The notes under the pieces: generated by a model
What the model was told of the DNA's origin: nothing
The model's input: the letters and a program-made list of their open reading frames with translations, nothing else
Database searches by the model: none
Assembly: GCA_965197895.1 (NCBI GenBank)
Contig: OZ240232.1
Coordinates: 2,389,522 to 2,453,521, forward strand
DNA: 64,000 nucleotides
Source of the DNA: Candidatus Versatilivoraceae bacterium
GTDB lineage: Bacteria; Acidobacteriota; Terriglobia; Versatilivoradales; Versatilivoraceae
Direction: 5' to 3'
Translations under genes and position numbers: made by a program
Shown: piece after piece, positions 9,253 to 18,498 of the stretch
Layout: each line of letters opens with the position of its first letter
Numbering within the stretch: the stretch's first letter is position 1

Positions 9253-10225
9253 TGTACTTATTATACACACAATCTCACTCTGAGAGCCTCGCCGAGCCAG
9301 GAGGACTTTTTGTTGTGTGGTAGCTGTTTCATCTGATTGGAAGATTATTGAGGCTGAACAAACCGTTTCTGATGTGCGATGATCGGTGCCATATTGAGCC
9401 TGCGGCGTTTGTCGAGCGACATGCGCCAGCTTCATGGCCACCCGGTGCTGGTGTCCGAGACCTTCGTGGATCCGAGCCGCTTTGGGAGCACCTGTTACCG
9501 GGCTTCGAACTGGCTCTGGCTGGGAAGAACGCGGGGCTACCGGCGCCAGCCCGGCGGCAGCGCCCGCTGGCGCCATCACGGTCAACCCAAGGAGATCTTC
9601 GTGTACCCTCTGCAATCGGATGCCTGCCAGCAACTGAGCCGACTTGACGACGCCCCCGATTGGCAAAGTGAGGGAGAAGGCAAACCCTTCAGCAGCGACC
9701 GGCTGCGCTCTCTGTTCGAGTGCCTGCGCACGGTTCGGGAGTTCCGCAAGCTGCGGGGCAAGCGCTACCCGCTGGCCACCCTGCTGGCGATGGCGGTGGC
9801 GGCGCGGCTGGCCGGCTATCGCGGGGTGACCGCCTTTGCCGAGTTCGCCTCCCACCTCACCCAGAAGCAGTTGGCCGCCTTGCGCGCCTACTACAGCCAG
9901 AAACTGAACCGCTACACGGCCCCGACCGTCACCACCTTCCATTCAACAACACACCGCCCTGCGCGCGGTCCTCAACCCCCTGAAGGCCTGAGTCCACACC
10001 CCACCGGCCGGCAAACACCCTGCCCTCGCCACGGGCGCCTTCCCTCCTGCCCGCTCCCTGCCGATCGTCTCGAAATCGCCTCGACAACCCTCCATTCCAC
10101 CCCATCGCCTCCGGCTCAGTGGTGAAAATCCCTGCTGATCGCTCTCCAACCGCCCATCCCAACCTTACAATACGACGGCCCCGTTCAGTTTTGGCCTAGC
10201 AAGCGCCAAACAAAAAATCGCCTTG

Positions 10226-10322
10226 CCCCCACTGCTCCCCGGTACACCCGCAAGCGCAGGTGCCGTCGTTCGATCCCGAGCGCCTCGAAGGCTAGGACCT
10301 TCTCCATCTCGGTCGGGAGCCA
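10226..10322 (-). pseudogene. Middle piece of the split hypothetical gene
   Basis: Minus strand translates WLPTEMEKVLAFEALGIERRHLRLRVYRGAVG and joins the 7326-7805 piece across the target duplication. Confidence 0.65.
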
Positions 10323-10334
10323 GGAGAGAAAACA

Positions 10335-10544
10335 GGGACGTTGTTGAATTACTGGAAATACCGGGCGGGGCGATTCTGAAATGCCTTGGACACGGCCGGA
10401 AGGGCTCGATACCGCGTCGTGTGACGGAACGTGCTGCGAACCAGGGCCGTTGAGCCGGGCTTAACGGAACGTCTACCACTCGTTATCTGTCAACCAAAAC
10501 TCAGAAGCCGGAACAAAGTTTTTCCAGTAATTCAACAACGTCCC
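10335..10544. mobile_element. 210-bp MITE, copy 1
   Basis: 24-bp terminal inverted repeats GGGACGTTGTTGAATTACTGGAAA; apparently identical copy at 13812-14021. Confidence 0.8.
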
Positions 10545-10550
10545 CTTACT

Positions 10551-11186
10551 TGCGCTATGAGCGGCGCAGGGAAGCCATCATCCGGGAGGCGCAACTGGAT
10601 GGGTTCTAAATGCTCCGGACCAGCGAACCGGCCGATCGCCTGCCAACAGCCGCGGTGGTGCGCCGCTACAAGGACCTGACCCGGGGCGAGCGGGCCTTTC
10701 GCTCCCTGAAGACCGTCGACCTGCAAATCCGTCCCATCCGCCATCGGGTGGAGAGTCGGGTCCGGGCTCATCTGTTCCTGTGCCTGCTGGCCTATTACGT
10801 CCAGTGGCATCTGCGGCAGGCCTTGGCCCCGTTGCTGTTCGATGACGAGGAACTGGAAGCGGAACGAGCCCGGCGAGACCCGGTCGTGGCGGCCCAACCG
10901 TCGGCATCAGCCAAACGGAAGAAGGGGAGAGGCCGCACTGAGGAGGGGTTACCGCTGCATAGCCTGGAGACGCTGATGGCGCACCTGGGGACGCGGGCCC
11001 GCCACCAGTGCCACTTGCCCTCGGAGCCGGACGGACCCCGAGTCCAGCGACTGACTGAGCCGACCCCGCTGCAGCAACCGGCCTTCGAGCTGGTCAGGAT
11101 GTTCCCAGGCAGAAACACTCAAGAATCCTGATTTCTCATTGACAATAAAGGGGTTACCTTGTCGGTGCGTCAGGAACTTCGGTTTA
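10551..11186 (+). mobile_element. IS1634-family transposase 3' fragment
   Basis: EAQLDG*...YKDLTRGERAFRSLKTVDLQIRPIRHR...RAHLFLCLLAY. Confidence 0.8.
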
Positions 11187-11243
11187 AATGCAGCGACCCC
11201 AACTGCATCTCATGTGAGCCTTGCTCCTGTCGCACAACCACAG

Positions 11244-11666
11244 CTACGACTCCTCAGCGGAATCTACCTGCAGAACCTTCGTCTGGCTAACCGGATCGGC
11301 ATCCACACGCTCTGTAGTCACGGCATGCACAAGATGCGCGAGTACCGGGCTTGCTTTACCCTTTCGGTCGCACAGAAAGTACGTATGGCCGACCGGCGGA
11401 TCGATGTTGTTGTCGCAGTCCACGGCATAGACGTTCTTCGCAACTCTCGACAGGTCCTCGGGCCCCGTGTGGCCGAGACGGCGAGACACGATCTTATGCC
11501 TCAGATTCGTCACCTTGCTTGTACGAAGGGCCAAGTCGTCGTTCGCGTAATACACCGTCACGTTGCGTGCAGCGTCGGACAGGCATCGACCGCTCCTGTC
11601 GGCTTCCAGCATTTTATTGACAATGTCCGCTGCTGCCAGAAAGATGCGGCAATAATCACGCGCCAT
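11244..11666 (-). pseudogene. DUF900-type alpha/beta hydrolase C-terminal fragment
   Basis: IFLAAADI...VTVYYANDDLALRTS...RRLG...GHTYF; nucleophile-elbow region missing. Confidence 0.6.
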
Positions 11667-11703
11667 CCGCCGTGCGACGGATTACGCGCCCACCGGGTGC
11701 GGT

Positions 11704-13122
11704 TCATGGCCGGAGTCCCGGAGGGCATCGACAGCTGGCACCACCGCCGAATCTCGAAGCCAACGCTTCTAGTCTGTCGCAAGCCACATTGATTTCCTGG
11801 TGTCTCGCCTTGATTTGCTCAGGCGTGGACGAGCTGCCCGTAGCAATCGCACACTGCGCCCCGGCTGCCTGGAGCGCAAATGAACGAACCTGTAGGGTAA
11901 CGCTCGCTGGACACCATGAAAAACCCAAGTTCGCCACACCACCGGGCGGATTCGGATAACCCGGAACCTGGCACGGTCCCCCGCCAGCCGTGCCGCGCGT
12001 GTTGCCACCTGCGGAATTAGGTACAGGTGGTTGGCCGGTTATCACGCTTTCAGACGTCTGCGCTGTCGTTCGACCACGCTCACTCACTCCTTTCGCATTC
12101 TTGCCCTCATCACCCAACCAGATCGTACTGTCGAAAAAGAATGAATGTAACCTTTGTAAGTAACAATTGGCCATCATCATCGATCCAGCGATGAACGGAG
12201 ACATTCCGTAGAGTTCTTGGCGTTGTCGCTTTAGTTTCTCACCAGCATAATAGCCAATATACATTTGAAGAGGCAGCGAAGCCTGGGGTTTACTTGGGCT
12301 AAAAAACTCTTTTAAGTTCTCATCTACTTCCGCCTTCGACAGAAAAGGAATAGTCCCAGGAGTCAGACCAACGACTGGTTCTGCATTAGAGGAAAAAATA
12401 TTCTGCAGTATCCTGTTTAGTCCTTTATTGAAGGCTGCTTCTAAATCAGGGTTTTCATCCAGAAAAGCAGTAATATCTCTACATAACTTGGTGTTGTATC
12501 TGACATTCTCGGTCTTTCTGTCGCCTTCGGGAGTTTCCCGTAATAGCACATCAACCGACCGCGTGGGTACGCATTGACCATTCATCATTTCGAACTCGGT
12601 TCTCGTTGCAATATACGCAAAAAAGCGATCATTAATTATTGGCGACAGATTCAAAGTCTTCCATGCTGGCGATGCCGCCCGCATAGCCTCGATCTCTTCT
12701 TCCAATAAGTTTTGATCTTCAATAATTTCCGAAATGTTCCCGTATATATTCCTCCTAATGATCACTTTCGCGGTTCGGGGTGTTTTAGTCCCCAAGTGGC
12801 CGGATATCAGCTCCTCCCAAGGCGGCGACTTATAGTAGATGACTGTCTCTACTCCATTTTCGTTAAGTCGGGTTTCTTTCGAAAGAACATCATCATCAAC
12901 TTCAATTGATCCATCCTTTCGGAGGCTGAATGGAATGCGGCGAAGGCCATTCTTAACGAACGGGCCGGATCGTCTCAAACGATATCTCGAATTCGCTTCG
13001 CCTTCTTCGGATGGAGGATTGTTAATGAACTCCGCACACTTTGAGTAATCTACTGCTCCAGCGGCAAGCCCTTCCGCTGAAAGGCACAGCGATAGAACGA
13101 GGGCGATCAGGACACCGTACAT
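11704..13122 (-). CDS. Secreted hypothetical protein with Cys-rich C-terminal domain
   Basis: RBS GAGGTAGGA, signal peptide MYGVLIALVLSLCLSAEGLA, 472-aa open frame. Confidence 0.7.
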   Translation of the reverse strand: MYGVLIALVLSLCLSAEGLAAGAVDYSKCAEFINNPPSEEGEANSRYRLRRSGPFVKNGLRRIPFSLRKDGSIEVDDDVLSKETRLNENGVETVIYYKSPPWEELISGHLGTKTPRTAKVIIRRNIYGNISEIIEDQNLLEEEIEAMRAASPAWKTLNLSPIINDRFFAYIATRTEFEMMNGQCVPTRSVDVLLRETPEGDRKTENVRYNTKLCRDITAFLDENPDLEAAFNKGLNRILQNIFSSNAEPVVGLTPGTIPFLSKAEVDENLKEFFSPSKPQASLPLQMYIGYYAGEKLKRQRQELYGMSPFIAGSMMMANCYLQRLHSFFFDSTIWLGDEGKNAKGVSERGRTTAQTSESVITGQPPVPNSAGGNTRGTAGGGPCQVPGYPNPPGGVANLGFSWCPASVTLQVRSFALQAAGAQCAIATGSSSTPEQIKARHQEINVACDRLEALASRFGGGASCRCPPGLRP

Positions 13123-13613
13123 TTTCCTACCTCGTTTCGTGATGGTTCTCATCGAGCTGTTCGCAACGGGCCTTGCGCGAGGCGCGAACCTGATTCTGTG
13201 GTGCATGGTGCATATTACAACGCACGCTTAAACCTGCGCAAGCATCAGGACCATGACCGTGCCCCTCGACCTTCGGTCTGCCCACGGAACCGTCAGAGCG
13301 TGGGATAGTCCTCCCGCGACGGACCAATACGGCGGGATGGACTGAGGGCGTCTTCGTCGAATCGGCGCTGTGCGGAACGGATCAACCGTGCGGTCAGGTC
13401 ACCTTAACCCGTTGTTCCGCTACGTTTTATTGCCGGACTTGACTAAGATAGAATATGTCTTTTGGCCCGGGTCAGGCCACTTCGCCGGAGGTTCTCGGAA
13501 CGGCTCCCACAAGATTGCCCGATATCCTTCGCGAGGGTGAGCGCGTTCCCCGCCGGATAGGGTTCAGATCGCCGCCGCGGCCGCCGCAGACTCACCTGTA
13601 AGCTCAATCAACG

Positions 13614-13799
13614 ATGATTCAAATTCAGCACGTTTCGAAATCTTATGGCCAGGGTCGGACCTATGCCGTTCACCGGGTCGATTTAAAGGTTGCAGCGGGA
13701 GAGCTGTTGGTCCTGCTGGGTGAATCGGGTTGCGGCAAGACGACCCTGCTCAAGATGATCAACCGCCTGGTGGACCCCAGCGGAGGCCGGATTCTGGTG
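13614..13799 (+). pseudogene. ABC transporter ATP-binding subunit (ProV/OpuCA-like), 5' fragment cut at the MITE repeat
   Basis: Walker [18 protein letters not shown] followed by an abrupt break. Confidence 0.75.
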
Positions 13800-13811
13800 G
13801 GAGAGAAAACA

Positions 13812-14021
13812 GGGACGTTGTTGAATTACTGGAAATACCGGGCGGGGCGATTCTGAAATGCCTTGGACACGGCCGGAAGGGCTCGATACCGCGTCGTGTG
13901 ACGGAACGTGCTGCGAACCAGGGCCGTTGAGCCGGGCTTAACGGAACGTCTACCACTCGTTATCTGTCAACCAAAACTCAGAAGCCGGAACAAAGTTTTT
14001 CCAGTAATTCAACAACGTCCC
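13812..14021. mobile_element. 210-bp MITE, copy 2
   Basis: Same sequence, orientation and short flanks as 10335-10544. Confidence 0.8.
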
Positions 14022-14027
14022 CTTACT

Positions 14028-14288
14028 CAAAGCTTGGAAGATCGGCCGGCTGAAGATCCGGCACACTTTCCGGTCCTGCAGGCTGTCTTCGGCGGCAAAC
14101 CCGTTGGCGACCAGGGCTCGGATGAATCGAAAGGCCTGCCAGCGGTTCATCCGGATCTGGAAGCAGAGTTGTGCCCGGGTGACGAGTCCGCCGCCGTGTA
14201 GACAGGCCGGGGCAACCCATTCGGCTTTTCGTCCCGTCCAGCCGAAGGGTTCCAGGGAGTTCTCGCGTCCCCGGAGATGCTCAATCGT
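14028..14288 (-). pseudogene. N-terminal piece of the split hypothetical gene
   Basis: (ACG)IEHLRGRENSLEPFGWTGRKAEW...CRIFSRPIFQAL; start codon appears mutated to ACG. Confidence 0.55.
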
Positions 14289-14726
14289 GCGGTGACCTCG
14301 ACCTGACCGCCACCGAGGCATCTACTTCCGTCTTGATCCAGCCGCCGTCCTACTGGCCCGCGCCGGCTTTTCGGCTCGCCTGGGTGGCAACCTGGGAGCC
14401 GACATTGGCCAAGGTGGAATGCCCACTCGACCATCGGCACGATAATCCCAACTGTTGTTTCAAGTATTCCCTCAGACTGTTGATTCGGTATGCTTTCAGG
14501 TGGCGGTTCCTCCATTTTGAAAGTGCCCAACCCGATTCTACGGAGTCGGGCGGATGAACGGCCATCTGAGTTGCCATCACTCAGAACGAGGCAGCTTCAC
14601 ACAGGAACCGGCTGACGTAGCCGATTGAAGCAGTGATAAACTACAGCAGAGGTGTGTGGTTCCTCCTGACATTGAATGCTGTTGGGTTCGGTGTGCTCAG
14701 GATTAATAAGGAAACTCTTTGATCAG

Positions 14727-16706
14727 ATGACCAGCAGTGATCTTCACTGGATTGCCAACTATATTTGGGGCATCGCCGACGATGTCCTCCGCGACCTTTA
14801 CGTCCGTGGCAAGTACCGTGACGTCATCCTTCCTATGACTGTCCTGCGGCGGCTGGATGCGGTGCTGGAAGACAGCAAGCAAGCCGTACTGGACATGAAA
14901 GCCTCGCTGGACAGGGTCGGAGTGATCGAACAGGATCCCGCCCTCCGCCAGGCATCGGGACAGGCCTTCTACAACACCTCCAGGTTCACTCTGCGTGACC
15001 TGAAGGCCCGCGCCAGCCGCCAGCAGCTTACCGCCGATTTCGAGGCCTACCTGGAGGGGTTCTCGCCCAACGTGCAGGATATCCTTCAGAACTTCGAGTT
15101 CCGTAACCAGATTCCAAGGCTCTCCAGGGCCGACGCCCTGGGCACCTTGATCGAGAAGCTGACGTCGCCCGACATCAATCTGAGCCCCTACCCGGTGAAA
15201 ACCGCCGACGGTTCCGTCCGGCATCCCGGCCTCGACAACCATGGCATGGGCTCGATCTTCGAGGAACTGGTCCGACGTTTCAACGAGGAGAACAACGAGG
15301 AGGCTGGAGAGCACTGGACTCCCCGGGATGCCGTGAGGCTCATGGCGAAACTTGTCTTTCTCCCCATTGCCGGCAAGATCACATCGGGAACCTATCTCCT
15401 TTATGACGGCGCCTGCGGGACCGGAGGGATATTGACCGTGGCCGAGGAGACCCTGCAGCAATTCGCCTCCGACAACGGCAAGGACGTTTCCACCCACCTC
15501 TACGGTCAGGAGATCAACGCCGAAACCTATGCCATCTGCAAGGCCGATCTGCTGCTGAAAGGAGGGGGTGACGCCGCCGACAACATCGTGGGCGGCCCGG
15601 AACACTCCACACTCTCCAATGACGCTTTCCGGTCGCGGGAGTTCGACTTCATGCTCTCCAATCCCCCTTACGGCAAAAGTTGGAAGGGGGATCTGGAACG
15701 AATGGGCGGCAGGAAGGACATGCGGGATTCTCGTTTCGTCATCGAACATGCGGGCGATCCTGACTATTCACTGGTCACCCGCTCAAGCGACGGGCAGATG
15801 CTCTTCCTCGCCAACAAGCTCTCCAAGATGAAGCAGGCCACCCCGCTCGGCAGCCGCATCGCCGAGGTCCACAACGGAAGCTCCCTCTTCACCGGAGATG
15901 CCGGGCAGGGCGAGAGCAACATCCGCCGCTGGATCATAGAGAACGACTGGCTGGAGGCCATCGTCGCTCTACCGCTCAACATGTTCTACAACACCGGCAT
16001 CGCCACCTATGTCTGGGTGCTCACCAACCGCAAGCCGGAGCATCGCAGGGGCAAGGTTCAACTGATCGACGCCACCCAATGGCACCAACCGCTCCGCAAG
16101 AACCTGGGCAAGAAGAATTGCGAGCTGTCGGAGACGGACCTCACCCGGATCTGCAACACGTTCCTTGAGTTCAAGGAGACGGAGCAGAGCAGGATTTTCG
16201 ACAACGCCGCCTTTGGCTACTGGAGGGTGACGGTCGAGCGGCCGCTGCGGCTCGAAGGCGCCGACCCCGATCGGGCCTACAAGGCTGCCGAGATCAAGCA
16301 GTTGAAGGAGAGCGGCCAGCGAAGCGATACTGCACCGCCGGTCATCAGGAAGATTCACAAACAGGGTACGGAAGCCGACCCGCTGAGAGGTCTGTTCGAG
16401 GTCACCGTCAAGGGCAAGCTCGTGGTGGTGGAATACGAGTCGGACACCGATCTGCGCGACACCGAGCAGATCCCTTTGCAGGAGGAGGGTGGCGTCGAGG
16501 CCTTCCTGCGCCGCGAAGTCCTGCCCTATGCCCCGGACGACTGGTACCAGCCGGACACTGTGAAGGTGGGTTACGAGATCAGCTTCACCCGTTACTTCTA
16601 CAAGCCCCAGCCGATGCGGACGTTGGAGGAGATTCGGGGCGATATTTTGGCGTTGGAAAGGGAGACCGAGGGCCTCATGGATGAGATTCTTGGGAAAAGA
16701 AAATAG
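14727..16706 (+). CDS. hsdM: Type I R-M methyltransferase subunit
   Basis: IWGIADDVLRD, GEHWTPR, YDGACGTGG, NPPY. Confidence 0.95.
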   Translation: MTSSDLHWIANYIWGIADDVLRDLYVRGKYRDVILPMTVLRRLDAVLEDSKQAVLDMKASLDRVGVIEQDPALRQASGQAFYNTSRFTLRDLKARASRQQLTADFEAYLEGFSPNVQDILQNFEFRNQIPRLSRADALGTLIEKLTSPDINLSPYPVKTADGSVRHPGLDNHGMGSIFEELVRRFNEENNEEAGEHWTPRDAVRLMAKLVFLPIAGKITSGTYLLYDGACGTGGILTVAEETLQQFASDNGKDVSTHLYGQEINAETYAICKADLLLKGGGDAADNIVGGPEHSTLSNDAFRSREFDFMLSNPPYGKSWKGDLERMGGRKDMRDSRFVIEHAGDPDYSLVTRSSDGQMLFLANKLSKMKQATPLGSRIAEVHNGSSLFTGDAGQGESNIRRWIIENDWLEAIVALPLNMFYNTGIATYVWVLTNRKPEHRRGKVQLIDATQWHQPLRKNLGKKNCELSETDLTRICNTFLEFKETEQSRIFDNAAFGYWRVTVERPLRLEGADPDRAYKAAEIKQLKESGQRSDTAPPVIRKIHKQGTEADPLRGLFEVTVKGKLVVVEYESDTDLRDTEQIPLQEEGGVEAFLRREVLPYAPDDWYQPDTVKVGYEISFTRYFYKPQPMRTLEEIRGDILALERETEGLMDEILGKRK

Positions 16707-18170
16707 ATGATCACTGATCTCAAGCCCTACCCCAGGATGAAAGACTCCGGCGTACCGTGGTTGGGGAAGGTGCCGGAACATTGGGAGTTCCCACGACTTG
16801 GGGTCCTACTGCGTGAAAGAGGGGAGCTGAATAGTGAGGGGAAGATCAGTGAGGTGCTTTCGGTACTACGACACCGAGGCGTTATTCCATATGCGGAAAA
16901 AGGAAAGATCGGCAATAAAAAATCCGAAGACATCTCAAGATACAAAATCGTGAGGCCTGACGACATTGTGGTCAACTCTATGAATGTCATCATTGGCTCA
17001 GTAGGACTATCACTTTACACTGGATGTCTCAGTCCAGTGTATTACGTCCTCAGTAGGCGCTCAAATGACGATCACCCTCGATATCTGAACGCTTACTTTC
17101 AGACGAAAGCTTTTCAGGAAAGCCTTGTCCGTCTCGGAAATGGGATCCTCGCTCACAGGATGAGAATTCCAATGGAACTCTTAAAGTGCGAGCCCTTTCC
17201 AAGACCACCCCTATCCGAACAAACCGCCATCGTTCGATTCCTCGACCACGCCGACCGGCGCATCCGGCGCTACATCCAGGCCAAGCAGAAGCTGATCGCT
17301 CTGCTGGAGGAGCAGAAGCAGGTCATCATCCATCGCGCCGTTACCGGCCAGATCGATGTCCGAACCGGCCATCCCTACTCAGCCTATAAGGACTCCGGCA
17401 TGGAGTGGTTGGGAAAAGTGCCAGTGCATTGGGGAGTGATGCGTCTTGGAAGACTCATCACCTTGACAACGGGTTTCCCATTCAAGAGCGAAGGCTTCAC
17501 GCAATCTGAAGAAGATTTTCGGCTTCTTCGTGGCGTTAACATTGCCCCTGGGCGACTACGCTGGGAAGAGGTTGTTCGATGGCCAGTAGCCGACGCAGAA
17601 AACTTTACCGAGTATCAACTTGAGTTAGGCGATATCGTACTAGGCATGGATCGTCCGATTATCCAAGATGGAATTCGTGTCGCAGAAGTGGGTCAATCTG
17701 ATTTACCTTCGCTACTCTTGCAACGGGTAGCTCGGATCCGTCCTAGTGAAGAGTTAGACGGAGACTTTGCACTCCTACTCCTAAATGACAAGAATTTCTA
17801 CAATTATTTAGCCCCGATCTTTACAGGGATCAGCGTCCCTCATCTCAGTCCTGAGCAGATCAGGGCATTTAGGTTTACACTTCCTCCTATCTTCGAACAA
17901 ACTGCTATCGTCCGCTTGCTCGACCATGCAGCCACCAAGATTGCCACCGCCATAACCCGTGCCCGACGTGAGATTGATTTACTTCACGAATACCGCACTC
18001 GCCTGATCGCCGATGTCGTCACCGGCAAGCTGGATGTGCGCAAGGCGGTAGCGCGTCTCTCTGGCGAAACCGAGACATCTCAAGCGAGGGACAGGCCAGA
18101 CGCCCCACCCGCTCTCGACAAGAACCTGATAGCTAGCCTCGACTCGGTCACTGAAAGCGACAAACCATGA
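16707..18170 (+). CDS. hsdS: Type I R-M specificity subunit
   Basis: Two KDSGxxWLGKVPxHW conserved repeats, EQTAIVR linkers, two variable TRDs. Confidence 0.95.
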   Translation: MITDLKPYPRMKDSGVPWLGKVPEHWEFPRLGVLLRERGELNSEGKISEVLSVLRHRGVIPYAEKGKIGNKKSEDISRYKIVRPDDIVVNSMNVIIGSVGLSLYTGCLSPVYYVLSRRSNDDHPRYLNAYFQTKAFQESLVRLGNGILAHRMRIPMELLKCEPFPRPPLSEQTAIVRFLDHADRRIRRYIQAKQKLIALLEEQKQVIIHRAVTGQIDVRTGHPYSAYKDSGMEWLGKVPVHWGVMRLGRLITLTTGFPFKSEGFTQSEEDFRLLRGVNIAPGRLRWEEVVRWPVADAENFTEYQLELGDIVLGMDRPIIQDGIRVAEVGQSDLPSLLLQRVARIRPSEELDGDFALLLLNDKNFYNYLAPIFTGISVPHLSPEQIRAFRFTLPPIFEQTAIVRLLDHAATKIATAITRARREIDLLHEYRTRLIADVVTGKLDVRKAVARLSGETETSQARDRPDAPPALDKNLIASLDSVTESDKP

Positions 18171-18498
18171 CGAACCACTAGCGCTAAAAATTTGCCTGAT
18201 GCCGCATAAGCTGTTGAATAAAAGGATGTTTTTGAAGTGATGGGTCATTGATTAAAGGGGAGGGAAGTGGCTGTGGTGGCTGGGCAAGTTGTTGATTTCA
18301 TCGAAAATATGCCAATTGACGGGTAATTGACAGGAAACCCTCTCTCCAATGCCCACCGACAGTAGCGAATGCGGCCTGGAACTGTAAGTTGGGCGACACA
18401 CGATGAAACCAAGGGAAATCGTCTTTGAAGTGACCGAAACCGAAGCACCGGAACTGCTTGACGAGGCCGATGACCTTGTGGGGTAAGGTAGACAAATT

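Larger units (their letters stand above)
7806..10225 (+). mobile_element. Composite non-autonomous ISAs1-like element (two ~640-bp direct copies) carrying a repA fragment and hicAB
   Basis: Left end CAGGACGATTTTTTGTT, right end AACAAAAAATCGCCTTG; flanks CTCCCACTGC / CCCCCACTGC match at 9 of 10 positions (target duplication). Confidence 0.75.

Noticed and set aside
7887-10125. Druantia defence system (DUF4338/DruA)
   Set aside because: The DUF4338 pieces are truncated, fused to ISAs1 transposase starts and bounded by IS ends; no DruE helicase is present
14350-14580. Integrase remnant (GHSTL)
   Set aside because: Only a four-residue resemblance; no HxxR or other tyrosine-recombinase motifs
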